The notes beneath the pieces were generated by a model. The model had not been told where the DNA came from. It worked only from the letters and a program-made list of their open reading frames with translations, and did no database searches. DNA of 64,000 bases, from positions 2,446,162 through 2,510,161 of the forward strand of contig CP170178.1 in assembly GCA_042296865.1 (NCBI GenBank), in the 5' to 3' direction. How positions within the stretch are numbered: the first letter of the stretch is position 1; each line of letters begins with the position of its first letter. The position numbers and the translations under genes are program-made. This stretch comes from Candidatus Bathyarchaeia archaeon. GTDB lineage: Archaea > Thermoproteota > Bathyarchaeia > Bathyarchaeales > Bathycorpusculaceae. This document shows positions 30,276 to 40,128 of this stretch, piece by piece.

Positions 30276-30734
30276 TTGGAACCATTAACTAAACGTTCAA
30301 TCCAACTCCTAAAAACACTATACGAGAAAGGCAGATCAACCAGCACCTACACACTCCGCGTTAAACAAGACGAACTATCAAACCAACTCGGCATAAGCCG
30401 CCAAGCCCTAAACGTTCACCTACGCAAACTAAAAACACGCGGCTTCATTAGAACCGGCAGAGGCTTCATCGACGTAACCGACAAAGGACTTGACGCACTC
30501 GGCGTATCCTCAACACCAGCTTTCATACTGCTAAAAATTTCTCCCATAAAACGCATCCACGTTTACGAGCAAATTCACCAGTTGGCAATTTCCAGAGCTT
30601 TCCGCATCGCAGGTGAAGTTGACGCTTTGATCATGGTTGAACGTGAAAACCTTGACGATGTACTCAAAAAACTCTATGCCATTGACGGTATTGAAGACAC
30701 TCGTTCGTACGTGACGATTGAAGTTATCAAATAA
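30276..30734 (+). CDS. Lrp/AsnC-family transcriptional regulator
   Basis: 152 aa. wHTH (QDELSNQLGISRQALNVHLRKLKTRGFI) plus a C-terminal RAM/AsnC-type domain. TTG start. Confidence 0.7.
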   Translation: MEPLTKRSIQLLKTLYEKGRSTSTYTLRVKQDELSNQLGISRQALNVHLRKLKTRGFIRTGRGFIDVTDKGLDALGVSSTPAFILLKISPIKRIHVYEQIHQLAISRAFRIAGEVDALIMVERENLDDVLKKLYAIDGIEDTRSYVTIEVIK

Positions 30735-30813
30735 ACCTTCAAGATTAGACAAAAGGTATATTTGACAGTTAACCATCAAAGAAGTAGCCTAAAAGCAGAA
30801 GGATAACATCAAC

Positions 30814-30975
30814 ATGCCAATATTAGATCCAGTTAAGAAAACAATCGCTCAAAAGAAAAGGTTGTACATGAAAATCTGCCGCGACTGCGGTGCACGCAAT
30901 GCAGAGACAGCGCTAAAATGCCGCAAATGCAAAGGCAAGAACCTGCGCTGGAAGAAACGCGAAATAGTAAAGTAA
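30814..30975 (+). CDS. rpl40e: Ribosomal protein L40e (53 aa; below the ORF-track cutoff)
   Basis: Hand translation MPILDPVKKTIAQKKRLYMKICRDCGARNAETALKCRKCKGKNLRWKKREIVK. It shows the CxxC-x(n)-CxxC zinc ribbon and basic tail typical of archaeal L40e. Confidence 0.75.
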   Translation: MPILDPVKKTIAQKKRLYMKICRDCGARNAETALKCRKCKGKNLRWKKREIVK

Positions 30976-31074
30976 TCTATTCTTTACTTTGTTTTATTGT
31001 ATTTTACGTCCAAGAAATTTTCTTATTTCTTACTCTTCAAATTATCAAAAATTATGTATCTAAAATAGTAATGT

Positions 31075-31689
31075 CTAAAGCACTTTTGCCAGTGATTCCA
31101 GGTTAAAAACGGTGTTTGCACAACCATTCTTTATCAACGGAATAGCCTGCCCCGCAATATTGAGGTTACTTAACAGAGGCTGCAGCATCTTTAACTCTTC
31201 ACCACACGCCACACCCACAACTCCCTCATATTTGGAGCTTTTTAGAATTTTGGGGATGCAGGAACCGCCAGCCAGAATATACACATCATAGCCTTTCTCT
31301 TTAGCCAACTTATCCGCTTGATTTACCATGCAGTCTTCTGAACAGTGAGCACAAACATACGATGGGATGTTTGAGTCGAAAAACGCTTTACATCGGTGAT
31401 CCAAATATTTTCTAGAGCAATGCGGCAGTACGAGTGCTCTTTTGTTGCTTTCTAAAAATCTTTTTCGTTCAATCACGTTAATCGCTTGCATGTCAATTAA
31501 GTCATGAAGCAGAACCACAGCGTCGTTAATGTTTAAGCCCGTGGCTTCTTCAATTTTGAATTTTTTAATAATTTCTAAAGACGTGTTTAGGACGGCTGTA
31601 TGCATGCCCTTTTGGTAACTAACCGTTGCAAGTTCGGTGAAGAAAAATCTTGGTACATTTGATAAATCAAACGTAAACTTATAGGGCAT
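31075..31689 (-). CDS. DUF116 family protein
   Basis: 204 aa. LPHCSRKYLDHRC...CAHCSEDC...GGSC...GVACGEEL cysteine pattern. Confidence 0.7.
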   Translation of the reverse strand: MPYKFTFDLSNVPRFFFTELATVSYQKGMHTAVLNTSLEIIKKFKIEEATGLNINDAVVLLHDLIDMQAINVIERKRFLESNKRALVLPHCSRKYLDHRCKAFFDSNIPSYVCAHCSEDCMVNQADKLAKEKGYDVYILAGGSCIPKILKSSKYEGVVGVACGEELKMLQPLLSNLNIAGQAIPLIKNGCANTVFNLESLAKVL

Positions 31690-31750
31690 ATGCTACATAA
31701 GGAAAAGCCACGCTTAAAAAAATACCTGTCAACGTTTGCGGTGGTAAACG

Positions 31751-32185
31751 CTAAAACGCCGAATCGGACCTGATTTTTTTGCTTAAACCTAAAACCTCTA
31801 TTAAATCATGAATTTCTTCGCGTAATCTATTAATTTCTTCAAGCCCTATTGCTTTAACGCAGAATCTTTGTTTCTAACTCGACAAGTACATTTGAGCATT
31901 CAGTTTCAAGAAAATCCAAGTTATGCCGTAAAATAGTTAAGTTCTGATTAAGCTCCAACTGCACTTCATTGAGTTTATGCGTTAAGGGTGTCTCTAGGAG
32001 TTTGGGTTTTGTGTATGGTCTGTTGAGGTGGTTTCGTCTGGAATGAAGACTATGTTGCATGTGGGACACTGCCATGCTTTCGCTTCTACTTCCGTCTTTG
32101 CATCACCTTGTTTGGTTTGCAGAACTGTGACTGTTCTTGCCGTATTAGTTTGTTTTGCGCCGAAGTTAGAACAGTAAACTGACAT
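31751..32185 (-). pseudogene. Possible frame-disrupted gene: zinc-ribbon N-terminus followed by coiled-coil segments in three successive frames
   Basis: ORF 31994-32185 (CPTC motif, GGGAGAGGG SD upstream). Next comes overlapping ORF 31854-32075 (heptad-like LNEVQLELNQNLTILRHNLDFLETE). Then an ATG-less frame at 31751-31852 (AIGLEEINRLREEIHDLIEVLGL). The alternative is that only the first small ORF is real. Confidence 0.3.
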
Positions 32186-32308
32186 TTAGCCCTCTCCCAT
32201 TAATTATTCTAACTAATGCTCAGAATTGGAACAAGCATAAGCTTTAACTTTCACATCAAAAAACAAACAATCAAGCATCTAAAAGTTAAAACAAAAAAGA
32301 AAAAGCGT

Positions 32309-33280
32309 TTAGATGCTTATTTCAAACATTAACCGTTCCACAAGTTCCTTGTAACGATTCCTAATCGTTACCTCAGTAACCTGCGCAATCTCGGCAATTT
32401 CCCTCTGAGTTTTACGTTCGCCAGTCAAAACCGACGCAACATAACTTGCCGCCGCCGCAATACCGGTTGGTCCCCGTCCAGAAGTGAGTTTTAGGTCTTT
32501 TGCTGCTGAAAGGATTTTATGAGCGATTTCTTCAACTTTTCCCTGCATCGTCAGTTGGTTTGAGAATTTGGTGATGTATTGACTTGGTCGAAGTGGCGGT
32601 ATAGAATAGTTGAGTTCTTTTATTAGAAAACGGTAGCTTCTTCCAACCTCTTTCTTGTTCACAGTTGAAGCCTGAGATATCTCGTCAAGAGTTCTTGGCA
32701 GCCCACATTGCCTGCATGCCAAATAAAGCGCCGCTGACGTTACACCCTGAATTGAGCGTCCACGAATTAAGCGTTCTTTGACTGCTTTACGGTAAATAAC
32801 TGATGCTGTCTCCAAAATGTTTTTGGGGAGATTCAAGTTGTTGGATATTTTGGTTATTTCAGACAATGCAAAAGCTAAGTTGCGTTCAGTAGCATCTGAA
32901 ACTCTGATGCGTCTTTGCCATTTTCGCAGTCGGTAAACTTGGGCTTTTTGGCCGGGAGAGAGGCTTTTGCCGTATATGTCTCGGTCATGCCAATCAATTG
33001 TGGTTGATAATCCTTTGTCATGTATGGTGTAGGTTAATGGTGCACCGACCCTGGTGCGTTTTGACCTTTGCTCGTCATCAAATGCTCTCCATTCTGGTCC
33101 TCTGTCTGCGATTTTTTGTTGAACAACGAAGCCACAGTCCATGCATACTTTTTCAGCGCATTCATAGTCGTGCATTATTCTTGTGCTGCCGCATTCGGGG
33201 CATGCTTGTACTTTGGTTGTTTCAGTTTTTGTTGCTGCTGGGTCAACTTCATGTAGTTTACTACTATCCTTAACTATCAT
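32309..33280 (-). CDS. tfb: Transcription initiation factor IIB (TFB)
   Basis: 323 aa. N-terminal ribbon CPECGS...CMDCG and two cyclin-fold repeats. Confidence 0.95.
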   Translation of the reverse strand: MIVKDSSKLHEVDPAATKTETTKVQACPECGSTRIMHDYECAEKVCMDCGFVVQQKIADRGPEWRAFDDEQRSKRTRVGAPLTYTIHDKGLSTTIDWHDRDIYGKSLSPGQKAQVYRLRKWQRRIRVSDATERNLAFALSEITKISNNLNLPKNILETASVIYRKAVKERLIRGRSIQGVTSAALYLACRQCGLPRTLDEISQASTVNKKEVGRSYRFLIKELNYSIPPLRPSQYITKFSNQLTMQGKVEEIAHKILSAAKDLKLTSGRGPTGIAAAASYVASVLTGERKTQREIAEIAQVTEVTIRNRYKELVERLMFEISI

Positions 33281-33516
33281 TATCTTTTGCTCCGCGTTTT
33301 CGAGAGAAGCAAATATAATGGTTTATTCAGTAGTACAGCAGGATTCTTTACGTTTGGTTTAATTACAGCATACGGAGACGACACTGGACCTATAACATCA
33401 AAAACTTTGCCTACAACATTTAAGCCTTCGTCAACAACCTCAACGCCAATTTTTGGCGGACTTTCTGTTTTTATGATAAGGCTGCTTGATGGCGTAATAC
33501 TTAATACTTTGCCCAT
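33280..33516 (-). CDS. gar1: H/ACA RNP component Gar1
   Basis: [16 protein letters not shown]...[26 protein letters not shown] 1-nt overlap with tfb, a classic archaeal gene pair. ATG 33516 preferred over 33558. Confidence 0.8.
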   Translation of the reverse strand: MGKVLSITPSSSLIIKTESPPKIGVEVVDEGLNVVGKVFDVIGPVSSPYAVIKPNVKNPAVLLNKPLYLLLSKTRSKR

Positions 33517-33687
33517 TCTCTGCAAACCCGTTCCCCTCTCGAAAAACATCAAGGTCAACGTATGTGCGAATTTAAAGCTTTCGATTATGCACTTGTATAG
33601 GGCGAGATACAGGGAATTTTTGGCAGAAAGCTTCTTTAATGAGAAGTGTTGATATGACTCTGCCTTAAAAGGGTGAGGCCAAGAAAA

Positions 33688-34068
33688 ATGACAAAACCTT
33701 TCTATGTAAAAATTGAAGTGCCAAAAGAAATTGTAGATGCAGCCTATGAAGCCCTATCGATCGCTTCAAAAAGTGGCAGTGTTAGAAAAGGAACTAACGA
33801 AGCTACAAAAGCTGTTGAACGATCAATAGCCAAACTTGTTGTAATAGCTGAAGATGTTGATCCTCCAGAAGTTATTGCACACTTACCATTGCTTTGTGAC
33901 GAAAGGAAAATTCCTTACGTTTTTGTTCCGACAAAACTTGAGTTAGGAAAAGCAATCGGTATTGACGTTCCATGTGCGTCAGCATGTATCATTAAGGAAG
34001 GCGAAGCTTCAGGCTTAATTAAAGAAATCATTACACGGCTTGACCAGGTTAAACGAGGAACTCAGTAA
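33688..34068 (+). CDS. rpl7ae: Ribosomal protein L7Ae
   Basis: [31 protein letters not shown] 33688 is preceded by GGTGAGG. The track ORF starts at GTG 33673. Confidence 0.9.
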   Translation: MTKPFYVKIEVPKEIVDAAYEALSIASKSGSVRKGTNEATKAVERSIAKLVVIAEDVDPPEVIAHLPLLCDERKIPYVFVPTKLELGKAIGIDVPCASACIIKEGEASGLIKEIITRLDQVKRGTQ

Positions 34069-34301
34069 TGAGTACTAAAGAAGAACGCGCTGCAGCGCAG
34101 GATGAATTAATTCCCGCAGAAGTTATACAGGTCATCGGACGTACAGGCGTCACCGGTGAAATCACGCAGGTCAGAGTGCGCATCATGGAAGGCAAAGATA
34201 AAGGTAGAATCATTACACGCAACGTTAAAGGACCCGTAAGGGCACAAGATATCTTAATGCTCCGCGAAACAGAACGTGAAGCAAAGAAAATCACAAGATA
34301 A
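34068..34301 (+). CDS. rps28e: Ribosomal protein S28e
   Basis: [26 protein letters not shown]...[13 protein letters not shown] overlap with rpl7ae. Confidence 0.9.
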   Translation: MSTKEERAAAQDELIPAEVIQVIGRTGVTGEITQVRVRIMEGKDKGRIITRNVKGPVRAQDILMLRETEREAKKITR

Positions 34302-34321
34302 ACCTAGGAGAATGATTAGTC

Positions 34322-34519
34322 ATGCCAAAAGCAAGAAAATGTTCATTCTGCGGTAACGATTTCCCAGCGGGTACAGGCATGATGTACGTTAAAAATGACG
34401 GTACCATTTTATGGTTTGATTCAAGCAAATGCAAGAAAAGCAGCTTGAAGTTCGGCAGAGATGCCCGTAAACTGAAATGGACCGAATACTACGGTAAAGA
34501 AGAAAAGGGCAAAGCCTAA
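34322..34519 (+). CDS. rpl24e: Ribosomal protein L24e
   Basis: 65 aa. CSFCGNDFPAGTGMMYVKNDGTILWFDSSKC. Confidence 0.9.
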   Translation: MPKARKCSFCGNDFPAGTGMMYVKNDGTILWFDSSKCKKSSLKFGRDARKLKWTEYYGKEEKGKA

Positions 34520-34891
34520 ACCTTCACCGTGGTACGCCATCAAACCAACCCATTTCTATTTTTTAGTTTTTAGAGTATTTTTAGCGGTTTTGTATTGTTT
34601 TTTGTTTAGAAGTTGTTGCCGTAAATTCTCTTAGCACAACAACAACCAACGGTTTGTAGGGGCGTTTGTGTTTTGGGTTCTGCTGGTTCTGGGGGTTGTT
34701 GGCGGTGTGTGCAAGATGCCACAAGCAGAACAGATGGAATACTGAAAACTTTTGGAGCAACACGTTTTTTGGCTGGTTTCTGTGTTGCCTGCTGGTTGTG
34801 GTTGCTGCTGCCACAAGCTTCTAGGTGACATTGACGTGAAGGTGCAAAACTGGTCAATATTGATTGTTAATTATTGTGAGAAAAGAGAACA

Positions 34892-35485
34892 CTACGGATT
34901 GTATCTTAACTCGTCTAGAGTTTGGTTACCTATCTTGACAGTTGCAACAGCGGTTAATGGTTTTGAAGAGTCATTCACCGTGCCCCAATCAGAAATAATT
35001 CCGCCCCTTATCGTTCGAACTTCTTTAGCGTGAAGTATACCGTCAAATGGTGTTCCAAACAGAGCGCCATGTCCAATAATTTCCGGACCATAAAAAAGAG
35101 CTTCAGGTTTTATTTTGCTGCCATTAGCATCTAGCATTTTAACATCCAACGATAAACTATCCAAGTCCTCTTGTTCCAAGTTCTCAAGCGTAATGTTAAA
35201 TGAAATTGCCGCCATCACTCCGCCGGGGGTTCCCCAAGTGCTTGTAAACTTGAACTCAGCTACCTTCACATTATAAGCTTGACCTGTGTCCTCAGAAGGG
35301 TAGCTATTAACAGGGTAATTTTGATTGTCATTTGTTAAGGCTCCAATTTGGTTCAGAATCAGAAAACCGCTACAAATGGCAGAGAAAAAGATGAAAAAAA
35401 TTAAGTAGCTTTTTTCATTTTCTTTTCTCCGTAATAAATTAGTTTCGATTGATTTTATTAAAAAGATTTCCTGTAGAGATTTCAT
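34892..35485 (-). CDS. N-terminally membrane-anchored hypothetical protein
   Basis: 197 aa with one N-terminal TM (YLIFFIFFSAICSGFLIL). No family recognised. The same frame continues past two stops into a Q/P/T-rich tract (see findings). Confidence 0.5.
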   Translation of the reverse strand: MKSLQEIFLIKSIETNLLRRKENEKSYLIFFIFFSAICSGFLILNQIGALTNDNQNYPVNSYPSEDTGQAYNVKVAEFKFTSTWGTPGGVMAAISFNITLENLEQEDLDSLSLDVKMLDANGSKIKPEALFYGPEIIGHGALFGTPFDGILHAKEVRTIRGGIISDWGTVNDSSKPLTAVATVKIGNQTLDELRYNP

Positions 35486-35535
35486 GACTAACCTTAGTTC
35501 AAGGTTCCCTGACCAAAAAGCTCTTTATTAAAAAA

Positions 35536-36618
35536 ATGCTCGCTTTTTTTGAGGTGGACGGGTTGAAAAAAGGTGCTGTCAAAATATGTCTTCTTTGTTT
35601 TTTAATTGTGCTAATGGCAACTGAAATCCATCATGTCAACGAAGTAAAGGCAAACTTTTTGGTGTCTTTGCCAGCGATAACAATCAACGAGGACGGACGT
35701 ATTTATCCACAGACAGACTTGATTGCAAAAACCAGTCAAAATATGTATACCCTAACAGGTGACATTTCCCAATACGTTCTGGTAGTCATGTGCAGTAATA
35801 TTGTCTTAGATGGGGCTGGATACTGTATTAACGGTACAGCTATGCAGGGTGTAGGTTACAATAATGTCGGCTTAACGTTGGAAGGCGTGTCTAATGTTAC
35901 TGTTAAGAATCTTGAGGTATGCAATTTTGGCGATTACTGCATTAAACTTGAGAATTGCTCGGAATGTCTCATCTATAACGTTACTGCAGATGACTTGTCA
36001 TTAGGGAACAGTATACTCATCAAAGTCATTGAAAACCGTATCAGCGATGCCCTTAGTTTAGGTCAAAAAAACCAAGTCAACAGAAGCAATATTGGCACAT
36101 TACTTTTAGTTCAACATAATTTGGTCACAGAAAACAACATCTCTTCCATAACCATAGCATCAAACACAGCTAATAATACAGTTTTTAAAAATAACTTTTT
36201 CTGTCTGATGAATTCCTTTAAAGAAAGCGGAACGAACTTTTGGAATAATGGAACGGTTGGCAACTATTGGAAGGATTATAATGGAACAGATGAGGACAAA
36301 AATGGCATTGGTGATGCAGCTTATTGTGTATACGTCATTGCTCTAGGTTAATCAGTCTCTAACATGAAAATAGTAGATACTTTTCCTCTTATGACACCTT
36401 ATACAGCGCCATCTTTACCGTCGCCATTGCAAACATTACAACCCCAATCAAAACCCTTTCCTACAGCGATAGTCATAGGGGCTGCTGGAGCTCTAGCGGC
36501 AATTGGTGTAACCATTGGGTTCTTTTATCATAAAGACATTCACTCTAAATCCATTAAGGTAGAGCTATTATTGCCTTTAAGTTCACAGCCTGCTCACGAC
36601 CTAAGCATGACACTTTAG
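35536..36618 (+). pseudogene. NosD-like parallel beta-helix surface protein interrupted by one in-frame TAA (36349-36351) before its YPL-like motif and C-terminal TM anchor
   Basis: Track ORFs 35536-36351 and 36364-36618 are in the same frame (the offset, 828, is divisible by 3). The junction reads GIGDAAYCVYVIALG*SVSNMKIVDTFPLMTPY. That corresponds to the contiguous GIGDTP...D.YPL motif in paralogues. Confidence 0.5.
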
Positions 36619-36689
36619 GTTAGCCTTTTTTTAACTGAAGACTTATCAACAAAAGATTCATTTGGCTTTACTGGAAAAAAGGTGCGAGT

Positions 36690-36998
36690 TTGCCGCTTTT
36701 GTATGCAAGAAAAGAAGTCTTCCAATGGCTAATGCAGGGCATAAAAACTATTGATATCCGCAAAGGTAAGCCGTTGAATGGTGAGTTTGCGGTTTTTCAG
36801 TGTGGTCCGCAGGTTTTGAGGCTTCGGATTGTTGGTGTTGAGTCGGGACTTCTTGTTGACTTGGTTAGGGTTGATAATTTTTTGCGTGTTATTCCGACTG
36901 CTGGCGGTTTGGAGGCGGCTTTGGCGTATGTGCAGGGTTTGTATCCTGGGTATGGTGGGGTTTTTACTGCTTATTTTCTTGAGGGTTGTGGTCGGTGA
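36690..36998 (+). CDS. ASCH-domain-like small protein
   Basis: 102 aa. The pattern VFQWLMQGIKTIDIRKGKP resembles ASCH N-termini. TTG start. Confidence 0.4.
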   Translation: MPLLYARKEVFQWLMQGIKTIDIRKGKPLNGEFAVFQCGPQVLRLRIVGVESGLLVDLVRVDNFLRVIPTAGGLEAALAYVQGLYPGYGGVFTAYFLEGCGR

Positions 36999-37078
36999 GG
37001 TTGTTTTTGTTTATGCGGTTTTTCTTGTTTTCGTTTAATATTTACGTTTTGCGTAAAAAAATTATGTAATTCGTAAAA

Positions 37079-37088
37079 TTTATATATT
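37079..37088 (+). promoter_or_regulatory. TATA-like box (TTTATATATT) upstream of the dap operon
   Basis: About 45 nt upstream of dapA ATG 37128, with GAGGA SD at 37116-37120. Flanked by CGTAAAA repeats and a TTTACG/CGTAAA palindrome. Confidence 0.35.
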
Positions 37089-37127
37089 AACGTATGTTAC
37101 TATAACCTCCTTAATGAGGAATACCGT

Positions 37128-38165
37128 ATGTTCACATTCAGTGGCTGCACAACAGCATTAATCACGCCAATGAAAGCAAACCAGCAAGTAGACTACGAAG
37201 GCTTAAGCCGCCTAATAGACTTCCAAATACAAGAAGGCGCAAAAGGCATACTCGCAGTAGGAACAACAGGCGAATCACCAACCCTAAACTGGGAAGAACA
37301 CTCAAAAGTAATCGAAAAAACCCGTGAATACGCTGGCAAACGTTGCATAACCATTGCTGGCACAGGCAGCAACTCCACCCAAGAAGCCATCGAAGGAACC
37401 CAACATGCCCAAGACTCAGGCGTAAACGCAGTCCTGCTTGTAGACCCATACTATAACGGGCCAAGCTCAATGGAAATCCGCCGAGAATACATTGAACCCA
37501 TCGCACGCCAGTTTCCCGAAGTTCAGATTATTCCTTACATTATACCGGGAAGAACAGGCTGCCAACTATTACCGCAAGACCTTGCTTTGCTGCATCAACA
37601 GTACCCGAACGTGAGTTGCGTAAAAGAAGCAACAGGTGACCTAAAGAATATGGAGTTAACGCGGCAGTTATGCGGAGAAAACTTTGAAATCCTCAGCGGT
37701 GACGATGACAAAACCTACACTATGATGGTGAGTCCTGACATTGGGGCAACTGGAGTTATCTCTGTAGTGTCCAACGTTGCACCTAGGGCAGTAGCTGACA
37801 TGGTTCATTACATACTTGACGGAAACGAGGAAGCCGCAGCCGTAATCCAGCAGGCACTTCAACCATTATTCAGCATTGTCACCGTGAAGACTATGGAGCA
37901 AACACCCTACGGTCCAGTAGCATGCAAAGCACGAAACCCTCTTGCATTTAAGACGTTAATGAACATCTTGGGAATGCCTTCGGGACCATGCAGGCGACCA
38001 TTAGGTAAAATGACCCGCGCTGGAATAGAAGTTGTTCTGGCAAACGTCCGCAAAGTCTACCAGGCAAACCCGCAGGTGCTACAGCCAATCGCAGATTACT
38101 TCAGCGTAGACCTAAATGACCGCCTTTACAATGAAAGGTATCTTGAGGGTTTAACGTATGCTTAA
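37128..38165 (+). CDS. dapA: 4-hydroxy-tetrahydrodipicolinate synthase
   Basis: 345 aa. ALITPM, VGTTGESPTL and the catalytic-Lys region VKEATGD. About 50-aa C-terminal extension. Confidence 0.9.
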   Translation: MFTFSGCTTALITPMKANQQVDYEGLSRLIDFQIQEGAKGILAVGTTGESPTLNWEEHSKVIEKTREYAGKRCITIAGTGSNSTQEAIEGTQHAQDSGVNAVLLVDPYYNGPSSMEIRREYIEPIARQFPEVQIIPYIIPGRTGCQLLPQDLALLHQQYPNVSCVKEATGDLKNMELTRQLCGENFEILSGDDDKTYTMMVSPDIGATGVISVVSNVAPRAVADMVHYILDGNEEAAAVIQQALQPLFSIVTVKTMEQTPYGPVACKARNPLAFKTLMNILGMPSGPCRRPLGKMTRAGIEVVLANVRKVYQANPQVLQPIADYFSVDLNDRLYNERYLEGLTYA

Positions 38166-38952
38166 GCTCTGTGTTGCAGGCGCAGCAGGTAGAATGGGCC
38201 AAGCAATCATTAGGGAAGCCAACGCTAAAGGCATCCAGACCGTGGGCGCCATAGAATCACCAAGCTGCCCCGCCTTAGGAAAAAGCCTTCGCTGTTTAGG
38301 CATTTCAGAGCAAGACACCACAATCCTAAGCTGCGACCAAATAGCCAGTGCACTTTCGGAAGCTGACGTTTTCATAAGCTTCACCGCCCCAGCAGCCGAC
38401 CTAATCAACATTCCAATAGTTGCAGCCCAAGGAAAACGCATAATTCTTGGCACCACAGGCTTCACGCCAGAACAAAAAAACACAATAATTGAGGCAATGA
38501 ACGGGAAAGTTCCTGCAGTGTTTTCGCCCAACTACAGTTTAGGCGTGAACGTGTTCTTTAAGCTTGCAGAAGCGCTCAAAGCGTTCCCCGCAGAGTACGA
38601 TTTCAGCATAAACGAAATTCACCACACTGGCAAGAAGGATGCGCCAAGTGGGACCGCCCTGAAACTTGGAGAAATCGTCTCTAACATGCGTGGTTACAAT
38701 AAAACAGTAACTGGACGAGAAGGCAACAGTCCAAGGCAACCCGGTGAATTGGAAATCACTTCGCTGCGTGCTGGAGGTGTGCCTGGAGTTCACGATTTAA
38801 TCGTTGCTGGACCTCACGAGATGCTGCGCATTGAACATACCGCGTTTTCCCGTGATGCACTTGCTCAAGGCGCCGTTTATGCGGCAAAGTGGGTAAGCAA
38901 ACAGACTACGCCTAAAGTTTACAGTATGGCTGACGTTTTAGGTTTAACTTAA
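38158..38952 (+). CDS. dapB: 4-hydroxy-tetrahydrodipicolinate reductase
   Basis: 264 aa. GAAGRMG and EIHHTGKKDAPSGTA. 8-nt overlap with dapA. Confidence 0.9.
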   Translation: MLKLCVAGAAGRMGQAIIREANAKGIQTVGAIESPSCPALGKSLRCLGISEQDTTILSCDQIASALSEADVFISFTAPAADLINIPIVAAQGKRIILGTTGFTPEQKNTIIEAMNGKVPAVFSPNYSLGVNVFFKLAEALKAFPAEYDFSINEIHHTGKKDAPSGTALKLGEIVSNMRGYNKTVTGREGNSPRQPGELEITSLRAGGVPGVHDLIVAGPHEMLRIEHTAFSRDALAQGAVYAAKWVSKQTTPKVYSMADVLGLT

Positions 38953-39027
38953 CCAGCTTTTTTCACCCGTTAACTTTTTTATCAAGAAAAAATATACACA
39001 AACAACACAAAGAGGAAGAAATAAGTC

Positions 39028-40086
39028 ATGTCGAATAAGCGTAAAGTCGCCATTTTAGGCGCAACAGGAGCCGTTGGACAACGGTACATACAGCTCTTGC
39101 AGGGTCACCCCTGGTTTGAAATTTCAGTGCTCGCCGCTTCAGAGCGGAGTGCAGGCAAAAAATACAAAGACGCATGCACCTGGCTAATGGAAACTGAGAT
39201 GCCAAAAGAAATCGCAGAAATGCCAGTAGCCAACATAGACGTTAAGTCAGCAGAGCAAACAGGCGACTTCGACTTAGTCTTCACTTCCTTGCCTGGTGAC
39301 TTGGCGGGTCCAGTGGAAAACGAGTTTGGCGCACTTTACCCAGTGTTTAGCAAAGCCAGCGCTCACCGCATGGACAAAGACGTGCCGCTTATTGTTCCAG
39401 AAATTAACCCTGACCATACAGCTTTAGTTAAGGTTCAACAGAAAAAACGTGGCTGGAAAGGTTTCATCACAACTGACCCTAACTGCAGCACCATCGGTTT
39501 AGTCATCACTTTGGCGCCTTTGTCACAGTTTGGTATACAGCAGGTTATGGTTACCACGATGCAGGCGCTCAGCGGAGCAGGATACCCAGGCGTGCCCTCA
39601 CTGGACATCATCGACAACGTTGTACCTTTCATTTCAGGCGAGGAAGACAAAATGGAAACTGAAGCCCTCAAAATCTTAGGCTCATTCGACGGTGAAAGCA
39701 TAAAGTTTGCTAATTTCAAGATGAGTGCAAGCTGCAACCGCGTCAACGTTAAAGATGGTCACCTTGAATCCGTCTTCATCAAATTGGCAGATGAACCCTC
39801 ACTTGAAGAAGTCGAGAAGGCGTTTACCAGTTTCCAAGGTGAACCTCAACGTCTCAAGCTGCCCTCTGCTCCAGAGCAGCCTATTATTGTGCGTCATGAA
39901 AAGAATCGTCCTCAACCTCGTTTCGACCGAGACGCAGGAAACGGTCAAAGCGTAGTAGTAGGAAGGTTACGAAAAGACCCAATAATGTCTGTTAAGTACA
40001 TGTGCTTAAGCCATAATACTGTTCGGGGTGCTGCGGGCGGCGGCATTTTAAGTGCTGAACTGTATGTTTCTAAAGGCTTAGCTTAA
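39028..40086 (+). CDS. asd: Aspartate-semialdehyde dehydrogenase
   Basis: 352 aa. VAILGATGAVGQ, the active-site NCSTIG, and SHNTVRGAAGG. Confidence 0.9.
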   Translation: MSNKRKVAILGATGAVGQRYIQLLQGHPWFEISVLAASERSAGKKYKDACTWLMETEMPKEIAEMPVANIDVKSAEQTGDFDLVFTSLPGDLAGPVENEFGALYPVFSKASAHRMDKDVPLIVPEINPDHTALVKVQQKKRGWKGFITTDPNCSTIGLVITLAPLSQFGIQQVMVTTMQALSGAGYPGVPSLDIIDNVVPFISGEEDKMETEALKILGSFDGESIKFANFKMSASCNRVNVKDGHLESVFIKLADEPSLEEVEKAFTSFQGEPQRLKLPSAPEQPIIVRHEKNRPQPRFDRDAGNGQSVVVGRLRKDPIMSVKYMCLSHNTVRGAAGGGILSAELYVSKGLA

Positions 40087-40128
40087 ATCTTCCTTTCTTT
40101 ACTAACTTTGAAATCTGGTGTGAAATTG

